Positions 1-13,370 of a DNA stretch of 64,000 nucleotides are shown here, one piece after another. Source of the stretch: Octopus sinensis (taxonomy: Eukaryota); NCBI RefSeq assembly GCF_006345805.1, contig NC_043022.1, positions 2,480,001-2,544,000 on the forward strand. The letters run 5' to 3'. The notes under the pieces were generated by a model, which saw nothing but the letters and a program-made list of their open reading frames with translations, did not search any database and was not told the DNA's origin. Positions within the stretch are counted from its first letter, which is position 1, and the number at the start of each line of letters is the position of its first letter. Position numbers and translations under genes: made by a program.

Positions 1-281
1 TCACACCACGGTCCATTGTCTGGCATGGTTTCTACAGCTGGATGCCCTTCCTAATGCCACCCATTTTACTAAGCGTACTGGGTGCTTTTTATGTGATACC
101 AGCACCGAACCAGAAAATTCTTTATAGTTTCAATCCTTCTTTGGGGAAGAAATCATTATTTTGTAAGAAGTAAAAACTGAAATTATTATTTTGTAATAAA
201 AAGAAAAACCATTTGTAGAATTCTACTCCTGTTTATAGAATTGTTTTATTCATTTATTTATTTTCTTTTTTTCTTTTCCAG

Positions 282-3281
282 AACCCATTATGTCTGAAAA
301 CCCTGTGTTGTCCAGGAAATCGATGCTCTCTGGACTTGTCCACAACATGCCTCAGGACTTGCGTAAAGAAAGGCGGCCGGAGCAGGCATCACCATATATG
401 TTTCCAGACATAACAGCGTACAGAGGAATTTCTGCACGGGAAATGCATGATCCAAGAGAGTTACGTGATTTCGAAGTGCAAGACTTGTCAAGGCGTCCTA
501 TTGATTACCATGACAAAACGCAAAAAGCTTACAAAGGAGATCCTCGTGATTTTCAAAGGTCTATAGACTCTCACTTAAGGCCTGAAGAATCTCAAAGAAA
601 AAATATGGGTCTGCCTCCTCCTGCCCATTCTCATCATCTCACTTCATCTAGCCTCCATCAGTCACAAGCAGATGAACCTATACCACTTAAGTCTCATAAA
701 ACCATCGTCCCTCGGGTCAAATCACCCTCAATATATCATCCTGAGCCTGCACAAACAATATCACCAATCATCAGAGCTGTGCCACCCGCTTCAAATTCTC
801 CCTACAATTCACATCTTGCTCCCATGGAGTTTCAAAACAGGAACCAAATGGGGGCCCGTATACCACCACCACCACCATTGATTAATTCCAAAATGTCCCC
901 CAAGCTCCCTAAATCCCCTCCTGTTAGTTCACATCTCGTTCCACCTCCCACTGGATCCATCACCCACGGGACCCCTGTTAGTCATCCTGTAACGTCCACC
1001 TCGGGTGGCAATCATCCCAATAATTCAGGTATACCATCCCATCGAATTGACATCAGTCACCGGCAGCAGACTCCTCCCCAGGGATCTATAACAAGGGGAA
1101 CTCCACGGAACAGAGAACCTGGGACTGGGAGGGGTACCCCTGTTGGTCATGAAGCTAGTATAACCAGAGTTTCTCCAGTGATAGATCCCATATTGGGCCG
1201 GGGAAATATCATGTACGAGCCAGCGATTAGACGGGCAGTTGTGTATGAAAAAATAGCAGAACCTTTTTATAGCTACCAAGATTTACTCTCCCCTATTCGT
1301 ACTTCCAGGCAAACGATAATGAGTGACTTTGTTACTGCTCAACACATGCCCAGAAGGGGTGCAACTCCTTCAGACAAAGATGAACGACAATCTCCCAGAT
1401 CCCTGCCAAATGCTTCAAAGACCTATAGTTCAATTACTGAAAGCCAAAGAATGCCATCACCTGCAATACCACCATATCTTTCACAGCCATCGGGTATCAT
1501 TTATGTACCACATCAATCAGGTATGAATATTTCAGTTGCTGAGAGACTCAACCGAAATTCTCCTCTTCCATCCCAAAGTACGCCGTCTCCAAGGGATGAC
1601 AAAGGTATTTCTCCTGTACCAACTCCTTGGTCTAATAATCCAGCTAAAATTCCTCTCCTTGGCTCAGCAGCAAATGTTGCAATGGAACAATCACGTTATC
1701 CACCGTCCCCTCCTTCACGGCCCAGTATCGTTAAAGGTACTGGGTGGCAAAGACCAGACAATGGAGGGCATTTACCTGATAGTACAACAATGCCACCCAG
1801 CAAGGCAGCATCACCGAGACATGATGGGCATGTCACTATCGCCTACCCTCAATCTCTTAACACTCAGACACATGTTATTCCCCCCGAGCCACAGCATCGA
1901 GAAACCCCTATAAAAATAATCAATCCCGAGATCCCTAAAGAAAGGGACAAAGAATGGGACAGAGAATCTCAAGACCGTTTTGATGTGAAAGAGTATGATA
2001 AACATGAAATAGAGCCGAGGCCAGCACATGACTTCCATAATCGGCAGATGATGGTAAACAAAGCTGAACTCGAAAGTAATATAGTAGCCCAACCCCCTTG
2101 TCATGACAGACCTGGATATTCCACCCCTTCCCGACACGGAACACCGTCCGGTGTCCGGGAGACCGATCCAAACCGACCCATACACATCGATGTAGATCGA
2201 CAGCCAGATTCATCCAAGACTCCTGACGCTCAGGACATTCAGCGGTTTCGAGGCAGCGACACAGAAATGACGCCACGACCCCACCGGTCACCAGGTACTG
2301 GAGACACATCGTCTAATTTATTAAAAGCTCTGAAAAATAATGACAACATTCCTTCGTCCAATTTTGACTCCGATGCTGGTGCTGGTTCTAACGACGACAG
2401 CTCGCAGTCGCGGACAGTCACAGCCGCTTATCTGATTGATGCCATCATCATCAACCAAATTCATCGTGGCAACGAGGAATTAGATTCCAAGTCAGGGGAA
2501 GAAGCTAAGGCCATGGTCAGCAGAGTGCCGGAACCGTGGCAGTCCGAGGGTCGGCAACCACCCCCGAGGGAGACCACTTCGCCGGCCGTTATAAATCTCG
2601 ACCAGGCGGCATCGCCGACGTTTACCAAACGTAAAGGTTATAGCAAATACCAACAAGAGAAAGAAGATTCTGCTGAGAAACCTTATTACACGTCTCCCCG
2701 TGAATCGCCCGGACCACAAATGGGATCTAACCATGGGCCAAATGGAGGAACTCAAACCAGTGGAGCTGGTAATAGTAATAACAGTAATAATAATAATAAT
2801 AACAATAATAACAGTAATAACAATAATAATAATAATAACAATAACAGTAATAATAACAGTAATAACAATAATAACACTGGTAGTAGTAACACCAGCACCA
2901 GTAGTGGTTCCCATACTCCCCAGCCACACCCACACCCTTCACAAGCAACTGGTAATGGTAGTAGTGGTGGTGGTAGTGGTGGCGGTGGTAGCAGTAATAA
3001 CAGTAGTGGCGGTGGTGGTGGTGGTGGTGGTGAAGGAGGAGGCGGTGGTGGTGGTGGTGGTGGTGGTGGTGAAAAAACTGATAAAGAGCGACCTCCCTCC
3101 GGATCAGGGGGGAGCTCTTCGAAATCTCCTGGCCCGCCAGGCTCTAACAAAGCCATCACGCTCGGCGAGCATATAGATGCCATCATCACACAGGACTACA
3201 GTAACCGTAGACTGGTCTATTCTATCCCGACTAAAGGTGGGCTTTTGAGCCAAATCAACGGTACTAGCAGCAAGTCTCCAT
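282..3281 (+). CDS. NCOR: Nuclear receptor corepressor (NCoR/SMRT/SMRTER-like), large internal coding exon; gene begins upstream of the window
   Basis: Polypyrimidine tract + CAG acceptor ending 281; donor T|GTAAGT at 3282; 3000 nt open, phase 1-1. Encodes GSITHGTP and GSITRGTP (NCoR GSI repeats), RQTIMSDFVTAQHM (cf. NCoR RQTILNDYITSQQM) and CoRNR-like boxes AAYLIDAIIINQI and LGEHIDAIITQDY. Confidence 0.93.
2771..3070 (+). repeat. Coding trinucleotide repeats: (AAT/AAC)n poly-Asn then (GGT)n poly-Gly
   Basis: Directly visible, in frame within the large exon. Confidence 0.95.
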
Positions 3282-6200
3282 GTAAGTGGCTAATTTTGAT
3301 TGACTGTTTCATGTTAACATTGTTGCATATCCATAACAATTGTACAGTCACAGCACTCAGTTCCAATGGGGAATAGACACATAGATGTGTGCGTGTTTGT
3401 GTGTGTGTGCACGTGTGTGTATGTGTATAAAATTTAAGAAAGTGACAGAAAGAGAACAGTGAAATTGCTGTGAGGGAGAGTGGAGTATCCGATGTTTCGA
3501 ACAGTCCACCTTCAGGGTTTAAGATGACAGAAATGTTGGGAGAAGAGAGGGGGGAAAATCTGCAGCATTTTACATTGTCTGTGTTTTGGGTGATTGGTTG
3601 CAGTTGATGGGCAACACACATGTAGACGGGAAGTGTTAGTAGGGAGGGAGGGAGAAGAGAAGGGAAGCAGTCAAGAGTTGAGGAGGGGAAATGACGGTGA
3701 GAATATACCATCATCATTTAATGTTCCAGAGGCCTGTACCAAGCTCCAATGTCTGCTCTAAGCTGGTTTCTACAGATGGATGCCCTCCCTAATGCCAACC
3801 GCTTTATAGAATGGACTGGGTTGTTTCATGGCACCAGCACTGGTGAGGTCACCAAGTCCTGCAAGTGAATGGGGTCTAGCATTGAGGGATATGCAAGTAT
3901 GATAGAGAAACAGGAGTTAAATTAGTTGCTAGTTTGTATATAGCGGAGCACTTTCTTCAGTGGATATTGACCAAAATAATAAGTTATAATGTCTTCAAGA
4001 TAAAGCTTTTAAATCTTGTAGCAGCTTCTCTTCGCTTGTTGTTCGGCCAGCATTGATAAGATATGCACTGGACAAGTCAATGCAGGAGACTATGAGATAG
4101 AAATAGCAGCTAATGGAGGGTGGTAGAGTGAGAAACATAGCTAGATATTCATTGTCAAGGATGTCACTGTCCTAAGCACGGATGGACAAATTGGGTAGTG
4201 TAGTCCTAGGTATATTGTGGTTGAAAGAAGAGAAAAACAAGCTGGTTAGTCAAGGCTAGAATTTCTTCTATCAGTATAGGTTTTGCTTGAGCAGTTCTGA
4301 CCCGGGGTTAGCTAAACACCACCAAATACATAACTACTGGGATCTTATTCAATCAGTGATAACCCTCGCTATAAAGATTACTTTTCTAATTAGAAAAATG
4401 GGATTTTTTTTTTTTCTTTAATTATATCAGATCATTAAATTTAGAATTTGATTTTCCATACTAGCATGGCTTAGATGGGGCTGAATATTTACAGCTGGAT
4501 ACTTTTCTTGTCATCAACACTTAACTGTTTTTCGAGTAAAGGATTTTTCTTATTCTAGAGAAATCCGAATGCATAGAGCTTACAGATGGTTTGTTGACAT
4601 GGGAAATGTCAACAAATGTCACCAGCTGTAACCCAGCCCCAAATGGTGGCATTTGTTTGTAGCTGAACTGGAAACAATAACATCACCATCTGTAGCCATA
4701 ACTTAGTATAGATTGTAAACATCACACACACCCATACTTTTTATAATGGGCTTCTTTTAGTTTCCATCAACCAAACTCTCTCACAAGACATTAGTAGGCT
4801 CTGACCTCTAGTAGAAGATACTTGTCCAAGGTGCTATGCACAGTGGGACTGAACCTGAATCCACAGGCTTTGAGAATCTTCATGTCTTTGTGTTCCCCTA
4901 TGTGATGACAGACCCCTCTTCCTTGCCCATTCAGCCGCTTACACCTTTTTATGATTTGTAGAAATACTTTGCGAGATATATCCAAAAGTGGGGGACTTTT
5001 AATAAGGTAGATTAGAAATATAGGAATGAGGTTAGAGGGGTTACGGGGGTTACATGGCAGACCCCAGTGAACAAGGAAAGGCTACATTTCGATCCCCTAG
5101 CTTAGCTCTTAACGTAGGTGCTGACATCGATATACTTAAGACACTAACTTTTACTTAACACCTGATTTATAATTCATGCTCGTCTTCAAAATTATTATTA
5201 TTATTATTATTATTACTTTTATGATTATTATTATTATTAATGTGTTACAAAGAGCAGCAGAGTGCTAGAAACATGTTAGAGCAGCAGATAAAAGTATTTA
5301 GTTGATCTTCTCTATGTTCTGAGCTCAAATCCTACTAAGGTTGGTTTTTACTGTTGATAATCCAGCAGAAATGTCTTGTGACAGTATATAGTTACCTACA
5401 GTACATAGGTAACTGTATACTGTATGCAGCAGATATCTGTAGTTTGCCAGCCTCGTCTGGCACCTGTGCAGGTGGCACGTAAAAAGCACCCACTACACTC
5501 ATGGAGTGGTTGGCGTTAGGAAGGGCATCCAGCCGTAGAAACATTGCCAGATCAGACTGGGCCTGGTGCAGCCTTCTGGCTTCCCAGACCCAGTTGAACC
5601 GTCCAACCCATGCCAGCATGGAAAGCGAACGCTAAACGATAGAGAACTGTATATAGAATGTAGCAGTATATACATGTTTGTTAGCAGTATATAGTTGTTT
5701 GTCTTAACTTTCTGAGTTTTAATTATGCCAGTCTCAGCTTCACTAATCATCCATCTGGCCCCTTAAAAGTACCAGTGAAATTACCAGGGGTCAGTTTACT
5801 TGACCCTTTCCTTACCCTTAAAATTTCTAGCCTTGTGCCGATACATGTATCCTCGTTTGTCACTGGTGTTTGGTTCCAAAAGACCCTGTGATAAACGCGA
5901 TTATAAAACACATGCGGCAAATGGGTTTCATTTTGAGACCCCTTCAAACAGTTCTTAAATACGAGGTCTGATCGATAAGTATCAGGACAGGGGCTATATA
6001 AAAAATAAAACTACAACACCATGTCAATTCGACATTTAGCCTCCTTCGAAGTAATCCCGTCCTGAAGCCACACACTTTATAACCAGAAGTGTTTCCATTG
6101 ATGGAACCATTCCTGAGTTTCCTCTTTCGCAGTTGGATAGCAAGCAGCTGCCTCATCGCATTCTCTTGCATTTCTTTGGCGTCTTGAAATCTTTCCCTTT

Positions 6201-6325
6201 CAAGTGGGATCTGCTTTTTTATTCTCTTATTCTTTTACTTGTTTCGGTCATTTGACTGCGGCCATGCTGGAGCACTGCCTTTAGTCGAGCAACTCGACCC
6301 CAAGACTTATTCTTTGCAAGCCTTT

Positions 6326-6724
6326 CTCTTTACTCTTTTATTTGTTTCAGTCATTTGACTGCGGCCATGCTGGAGCACCGCCTTTAATCGAGCAACTCGA
6401 CCCCGAGACTTATTCTTTTGTAAGCCCAGTACTTATTCTGTCGGTCTCTTTTGCCGAACTGCTAAGTGACGGGGATATAAACACACCAGCTTCGGTTGTC
6501 AAGCAATGCTAGGGGGACAAACACAGACACACATACGCATATATATATATATACATATATACGATGGGCTTCTTTCAGTTTCCGTCTACCAAATCCACTC
6601 ACAAGGCTTTGGTCAGCCCAAGGCTATAGTAGAAGACACTTGCCCAAGATGCCACACAGTGGGACTGAACCCAAAACCATGTGGTTGGTAAGCAAGCTAC
6701 TTACCACACAGCCACTCCTGCACC
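6326..6724 (-). mobile_element. SINE family A, minus-strand copy
   Basis: Reverse complement of the 18207-18622 element. Other - copies at ~15043-15411, 31452-31824, 44468-44840, 45421-45814 and many fragments. Confidence 0.9.
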
Positions 6725-7124
6725 TATTATTCTATCGGTATCTTTTGCTGAACCGCTAAGTGATGAGGACATAGGCACACCAGGCAACGGTGGGGGACTA
6801 ATATGTACAGGAGACCAGCTGGAAGAACAGCAGTTCCTGTTGTCGCCACCGATAGTGGAAGCAGGTTAAGAAGGGGGTCGACAGCTTTGAAAGAGCACCA
6901 CTTCTTCATGAAGAATTTAAGCAGTGCTGCTCAAAAAAGCACACTGCTGGCGTAGTGAATGGGGAAAGCTGGGTTTGTAATGTTTGTAGTCATGTAGGCT
7001 TATCAAAAGCATGGCTAATTAGCCACCAACCGAGCTGCAAGTGCAAAATATAAGTTAGTCCTAGAGCACACAAGGTTCCTAAAGGTCAGCAATGGTCTTC
7101 CTCGGTCATGTGTGGACGGCCATC

Positions 7125-7156
<32 letters not shown>

Positions 7157-7162
<6 letters not shown>

Positions 7163-7566
7163 ATGACCTGCTGTGCTTGAGGAGACCTATTGAATTAAGT
7201 ACATCAACATCAAAATAAATATCAAATGAAATTGTAATTGTAATACCTGTGTCGGTGGTACGTAAGAAGCACCATCCGAATGTGGCCGATGCCAACGCAG
7301 CAGCCTTGACTGGCTTCTGTGCTGGTGGCACGTAAAAAGCACCAACCGATCATGGCTGCTGCCATCCTACCCTGGCACCTGTGCCAGTGGCACGTAAAAA
7401 GCACCCACTACACTCACAGAGTAGTTGGCGTTAGGAAGGGCATCCAGCTGTAGAAACAATGCCAGATCAGACTGGAGCCTGGTGCAGCCTCCTGGTTTTC
7501 CAGAACCCCAGTCGAACCATTCAACCTATGCTAGCACGGAAAATGGACATTAAGCGATGATGATGA
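7157..7566 (+). mobile_element. 3'-anchored retroposon family C (probably 3' UTR of an RTE-type LINE) with tandem GGCACGTAAAAAGCACC modules and (GAT)n tail
   Basis: Common 3' end ...GGACGTTAAACGATGATGAT with variable 5' truncation and no tRNA head. Copies at ~5445-5640, 8908-9190, 9492-9726, 50630-50880, 55610-55852 (+) and 1-105, 45827-46128, 56825-57150 (-). Confidence 0.8.
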
Positions 7567-7729
7567 TATGATGGGCTTCTTTCAGTTTATGTCTACCAAA
7601 TCCTCTTACAAGGCTTTGGTCAGCCTGAAGCTATAGTAGAAGGCACTTGCCCAAGGTGCCACGCAGTGGGATTGAACCCAGAACCATGTGGTTGGAAAGC
7701 AAACACCTTACCACGCAGCCACACCTGCT

Positions 7730-8042
7730 CCTTTTTGTCTTGATTCCAGGGTCATAGGCATAGACCCACATTTCATCACCAGTTGTGACCATTTTCAAAA
7801 AGTTTTCATCTTCCTTGACATGGTCAAGGAGATCCTGCACAGCTGAAACCTGATCTTGTTTTCTAAGACAACCACACCCTATACACTTTACTATCAAGCA
7901 ATGGATGTGAATGAGGACGTTACAAGTTAGTGTGTATGCACGACAGAGTACAAAGTCAATCTATGCCAAGGGGCTTCACGTTGCATACTTCAGCTCCGTT
8001 AGCACAGCCACAGTCCCGATTCTTTTTTGATCAGACCTCATA
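7730..8042 (-). mobile_element. Mariner remnant (terminus + transposase fragment)
   Basis: FLKMVTTGDEMWVYAYDP includes the first catalytic Asp motif; terminus TATGAGGTCTGATCAAAAAAGAATCGGGAC. Related + copy at ~32074-32405 (VVTGDKLWVHGCDP). Confidence 0.8.
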
Positions 8043-8309
8043 CACCTGGTTATTTTGTTTTATGATTGGAATAATTCTTTGAGTAAAATTCAATCACTTA
8101 TGATCAGTAAATTGTGCAAAAATAGCTGAAAAATATAACAGCTTGACCTCTGACCGGCATTATCACATAAATTTGTGATAAGTGTAACACGGTTCACAAT
8201 TGAGCGTAAAAAGCACCTACTACACTCACAGAGTGGTTGGCATTAGGAAGGGCATCCAGCTGTAGAAACAATGCCAAGGTTGGTGAAGAACAATTCTGTG
8301 ATAAATGAG

Positions 8310-8672
8310 AATACGTTGGATGGAACTTACACTCGCCTCCTTATGAGAGCTCAAAATCTCTCGTGGAAGCGTCATCCAACCAAAATGCAAATATATGGGA
8401 AACTACCACCTGTGTCATCTCTTGTGAAAGGTAGGAGAGTCCAGTTTGCTGGACATTGTTGTAGAGCTGAAAAAGAGGTAATTTCTACTCTCCTCCTCTG
8501 GAAGCCATCTACTTGCAATACCAGAGGGTGCACACTCTCCCACTCTGATGTAATCTCCAGGGATACAGGCATCCAGCAACAGGACCTCCGTAATGCTATG
8601 ATGGACCGTGAAGTCTGGCGTAACATGGTAAATTCCATTGTCTCGACCACGGTCGAACAATGATGATGATGA
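8310..8672 (+). mobile_element. RTE-type LINE 3' fragment (LDGTYTRLLMRAQNLSW...RRVQFAGHCCR...DREVWR), (TGA)n tail
   Basis: Typical non-LTR C-terminal RR-F-GH-R signature; near-identical truncated copies at ~28054-28318 (-), 43105-43330 (-), 49208-49333 (+). Confidence 0.85.
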
Positions 8673-9208
8673 AGAAATTATCATTACTACTTTAGTATTG
8701 TAGTTATTGATAAGGCGGCAAGCTGGCAGAATCATTAGCACGCTGGACGAAATGCTTAGCAGTATTTCGCCCGTTGATACGTTCTGAGTTCAAATTCTGC
8801 CGAGGTCAACTTTGCCTTTCATCATTTCGGGGTCGATGAAATAAGTACCAGTAGCGAACTGGGGTCGATGTAATCGACTTACTCCCACCCAACCAAATTT
8901 CAAGGCTTGTGCCGGTGGCACGTAAAAAGCACCAACCGATCGTGACCGTTGCCAGACTCCACTGGCACCTGTGCCAGTGGCACGTAAAAAGCACCAAGCA
9001 ATCGTGGCCGTTGCCAGTCCCCTGGCACGTAAAAAGCACCCACTACACTCAGGGAGTGGTTGGTGTTAGGAAGGGCATCCAGCTGTAGAAATACTGCCAG
9101 AACAGACTGGAGCCTGGTGCAGCTTCCTAGACCCCGGTCAAACCGTCCAACCCATGCTAGCATGGAGAATGGATGTCAAAAGATGATGATGTGCCTATAG
9201 TAGAAAGG

Positions 9209-9240
<32 letters not shown>

Positions 9241-9460
9241 GATTGTGGTGAGCTGGCTGAATCGTTAGCATACCAGGCAAAATGCTTTGCAGTGTTTTGT
9301 CCATCTTCACGTTCTGAGTTCAGATTCCACTGGGGTTGGCTTTGCTTTTCATCCTTTCGGGGTCAATGAAATAAGAACCCACTGAGTACTGGAGTCGATG
9401 TAATCAACTTTCTCCCACCCCTCCAAAATTTCAGGCCTTGTGCCTACAGTAGAAAGGATT

Positions 9461-9491
<31 letters not shown>

Positions 9492-10124
9492 TAAAAAGCA
9501 CCATCCGTCCATGGCCGTTTGCCAGCTCCGTCTGGCACCTGTGTGGGTGGCACGTAAAAAGCACCCACTACACTCACGGAGTGGTTGGCGTTAGGAAGGG
9601 CATCCAGCCGTAGAAACACTGCCAGATCAGACTGGGCCTGGTGCAGCCTTCTGGTTTCACAGACCCCAGTTGAACCGTCCAACCCGTGCCAGCATGGAAA
9701 GCGGACGCTAAATGATGATGATGATGAGATGATTATTATTATTATTAATAGTGAGCCAGCAGAATCGTTATTGCATCAGACAAAATGCTTCGTAGTGGTC
9801 CTTCCGTCTTGTTTACATTCTGAGTCATCAGTTTTATCTTTCATCTTTTCCTAAAGTAGTGAGGTCGATTAATCGGCTTGCCCACGTCCCCTGATAATTA
9901 CTGGCCTTGTGCCAAAATTATTACGGCATTGAGCTGTCAGAATCATTAGAACACAGGACGAAATGCTTAGCAGGTTTTCATCCATCTTCACGTTCTGAAT
10001 TCAAAGATTCTGCTGGGATTGACTTTGCCTTTCATCTATTCAGGTTGGAAATTTGGTGGGGATCAAGTGTAATCAGTTTACCACAACCCCCAAAATTGCT
10101 GGCTTTGTGCTAAAATTTGAAACC

Positions 10125-10171
<47 letters not shown>

Positions 10172-11924
10172 GGCAGTGAGCTGGCAGAGTCGTTAGCACT
10201 CTCAATGAAATGCTTAGTGGTCCACAGATATGCATACCCTTAACGTAGTTCTCAGGGGGGTTCAGTGTGACACAGAATGTGACAAAGCTGGCCCCCTTTG
10301 AATTACAGGTACAACTCATTTTTGCCAGCTGAGTGGACTGGCAAGCATAAAGTGAAATAAAGTGTCTTGCTTAAGGACACAATGCACTGCCAAGTATTGA
10401 ACTCAAGGCCTTCCGATCATAAGGTGAATACTCTAACCACTGAGTCACGTCCTGGTGAACGTATGAGGTAGATGCAGCCTCCTCATGAGGTCCCTTTTTT
10501 TTTTTTACATGCCTTCAGATGGTGCAGGTATGGTTGTGTGGTAAGAAGTTTGCTGCCTGACCACATGGTTCCAGGTTCAGTCCCACTGTGTGACACCTTG
10601 CGCAAGTGTCTTCTACTATTACCCTGAACCAACCAAAGTCTTATGAGGGGATTTGGTAGATGGAAATTGAAGGAAGCACAAGGAAGCCCTTAGTATGTTG
10701 ATGTGTGCATATATGTATGTATGTGTATTTATATATATATACATACATATATACACACACACATATATATATACATACACACACATACTTGTATGTTACT
10801 ATCACCTTGCCTTGACATTGCATGGTAGATGCAAATGTCACCATCGTGCAGATGGTACCCTTTGTTTCCAATCTTCCCTAAAAACATATCTGTTCACGGG
10901 GAGGCATTACATTGGTTGGCAACAGGAAGGGCATCCGTCCATAGAAACTCCACCTTCACAAATTCCATCCAACCCCTGTGAGCATGGAAAAGTGAATGTT
11001 AAAACAGGGACCATGACAATATTGTATTTACTCCTGTATAAGTTGCATTCTTTAATTCAGAGTTAAAACTGGGGGCAAATTCCTTTCCCCTTTATATTCA
11101 AACTTGATATCAGCTGTGCTCTATGTGTAAGTTGCACCCCAGTTTTTTTCAGTTAAAATCAAGAATAAAACTGTTTGACTTATGCACAAATAAATACAAT
11201 ATTTGTTTTTATCTGTGAGATTTTGAAAATCTTTTGGAATAAATCCAGTCCACACTAAAGTGGTTGTCATTTGGAAGGACAACCAGCTGTTGAAACCGTG
11301 CCAAAAGTGTCCTTACTTGTGCTGTTGCCATGTAAAAAGCTCTCAGTCCACTTTGCGGGGTGGTTTGGTTTTAGGAAAGGTATCCAGCTGTAAAAGCCAT
11401 GTCAAAACAGACATAGTAACCTGGGGTAATCTTCTGTCTGGTCAGCTCCTGCCAACCATCCTACTCACTTTCATGCATGGAAATCAGACGTTAAATGATG
11501 ATGATGATGATGAAGTCCAACTGCTAAATACACAGTAGCAGAACAATGCTTTTTCAGTTAAGGTTCTGTGTTGCCCAGGGTAGAAACATTGGCTGGAGGA
11601 AAGTTCAGGTTTCGCCAGGGAACGACTTTGCCTATCATCCTTCCAAGGTCAATAAAGATACCAGTTAATGTCTTGAGCCTTATATGTCCACTGGGTTAGT
11701 GCGTGTCCTGTACAGGATTCCCCCCTGGATGTGACACTAGTCCACCACAGGGTTAACTCCCAGCTGCTGCTAGTACTCACTTTCAGTGAAGATTGGCGCA
11801 GTGTGAAATAAAGTGCTTTAGTTAAGGGCTCCATTCACCACCTAGTCTAGGAAGGAAAGAAACCCTGGATTTACGAGCCCAATATTCAAACCACATTACT
11901 ATATAACACCTTTCTTTAGTTATC

Positions 11925-12320
11925 TATCTATCTATCTGCTCAGTCGAAGTCGACTCTCGGTTACTCGATGGATCAGTGTCCTCCAGTCAGTTCTATCCTG
12001 GGCCGCTTCTTTCAGATTGGCTTTGGCCATTCCGGAATCACTCTTGATGGTGTCAAGCCAGCGGGTTCTTGATCGGCCTCTTCCTCTCTTGCCACTGACC
12101 ATTCCGTATATATATATATATATCTATCCGCTCAGTCGAAGTCGACTCTCGGTCACTCGGATCAGTGTCCTCCAGTCAGTTCTATCCTGGGCCGCTTCTT
12201 TCAGATTGGCTATGTCCATTCCGGTATCACTCATGATGGTGTCAAACCAGCGGGTTCTTGGTCGGCCTCTTCCTCTCTTGCCACTGACCATTCCAAGCAT
12301 GATGTCCTTCTCCAGGGATT
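11925..12320 (-). mobile_element. RTE/BovB-like LINE 3' end, present twice in tandem
   Basis: Minus strand encodes GMVSGKRGRGRPRTRW...AAQDRTDWRTLI..VTESRLRL*; units separated by (TA)n. Confidence 0.8.
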
Positions 12321-12964
12321 TAGTTATATGCTAGGCTTTTTTTCAGATGACTCGATCCTTTTTAAAATGATTTACTCTCGTCCACAAATGATCGAATCAA
12401 CCTTGGTAGGTTTTGAAATCAGAACATAGAGTTATGTGATCAAATAACTAGAATCTATAGCCGTAAAATGAATTAATGTCTTGGACAAGTATCTCAATCA
12501 GATTGGATGTGGACTGTTGTCAAACAAGGAGAAAAAAGAATGGAATATTTGTGGTTGGAAAATGAATGCCATTCAATTTTGAAACTTTAATTTGCGTGTT
12601 TAAATCATTTTCTTTTTTTCTTACATTTATAAAGCCATGGTTTTTATGTATTTATTCATTTAATTATTGTTCCCCTTCTAGTTATTCTGTGCTTTTCTTT
12701 CTATCCTACGAAGAGGAAAACATTTTCAAATTTATAGAGAGAAAAAATGAAATACAATAACACCATGTAACAGCTTTTTCTTTTTTTGTCTTTGGTCAGT
12801 AAGTGTTATTTCCCATTTGCCTCTGTCTAGAATTCAAAGGAAGCGTCTACCATTCCCTTCAAACTTGGCTTTTGTCACTTGGGGACATCAATGTCTTCAA
12901 ACTGACCTATTTTCCATTCCATTTGAAATAGATCCAATATTGAGTTGTTGAAGCAGAAATACCT

Positions 12965-13370
12965 ATTTCTTTACTACCCACAAGGGGCTAAACATAGCGG
13001 GGACAAACAAGGACAGACATAGGTATTAAGTCAATTACATCGACCCCAGTGCGTAACTGGTACTTAATTTATCGACCCCGAAAGGATGAAAGGTAAAGTC
13101 GACCTCGGCGGAATTTGAACTCAGAACGTAACATCAGACGAAATACCTATTTCTTTATTACCCACAAGGGGCTAAACACAGAGGGGACAAACAAGGACAG
13201 ACATAGGTATTAAGTCAATTACATCGACCCCAGTGCGTAACTGGTACTTAATTTATCGGCACCGAAAGGAAAGGTAAAGTCGACCTCGGCGGAATTTGAA
13301 CTCACAACGTAACAGCAGACGAAATACTGCTAAGCATTTCGCCCGACGTGCTAACGTTTCTGCCAGCTCG
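12965..13370 (-). mobile_element. SINE family B, head-to-tail partial dimer
   Basis: Two ~183-bp near-identical tail units in tandem followed by one head. Confidence 0.85.

Noticed and set aside
2492-3189. Antisense and off-frame ORFs (poly-Leu/Pro, poly-Val/Ile, Tyr/Cys)
   Set aside because: Shadows of the Asn/Gly trinucleotide repeats.
290-3376. 1028-aa ORF as a complete single-exon gene
   Set aside because: Splice signals at 281 and 3282 and phase-matched downstream exons show it is an internal exon; the last ~30 codons are intron read-through.
8908-9040. CRISPR-like repeat/spacer pattern of GGCACGTAAAAAGCACC
   Set aside because: Eukaryotic context, no cas genes, spacers related to each other, always part of family C retroposons.
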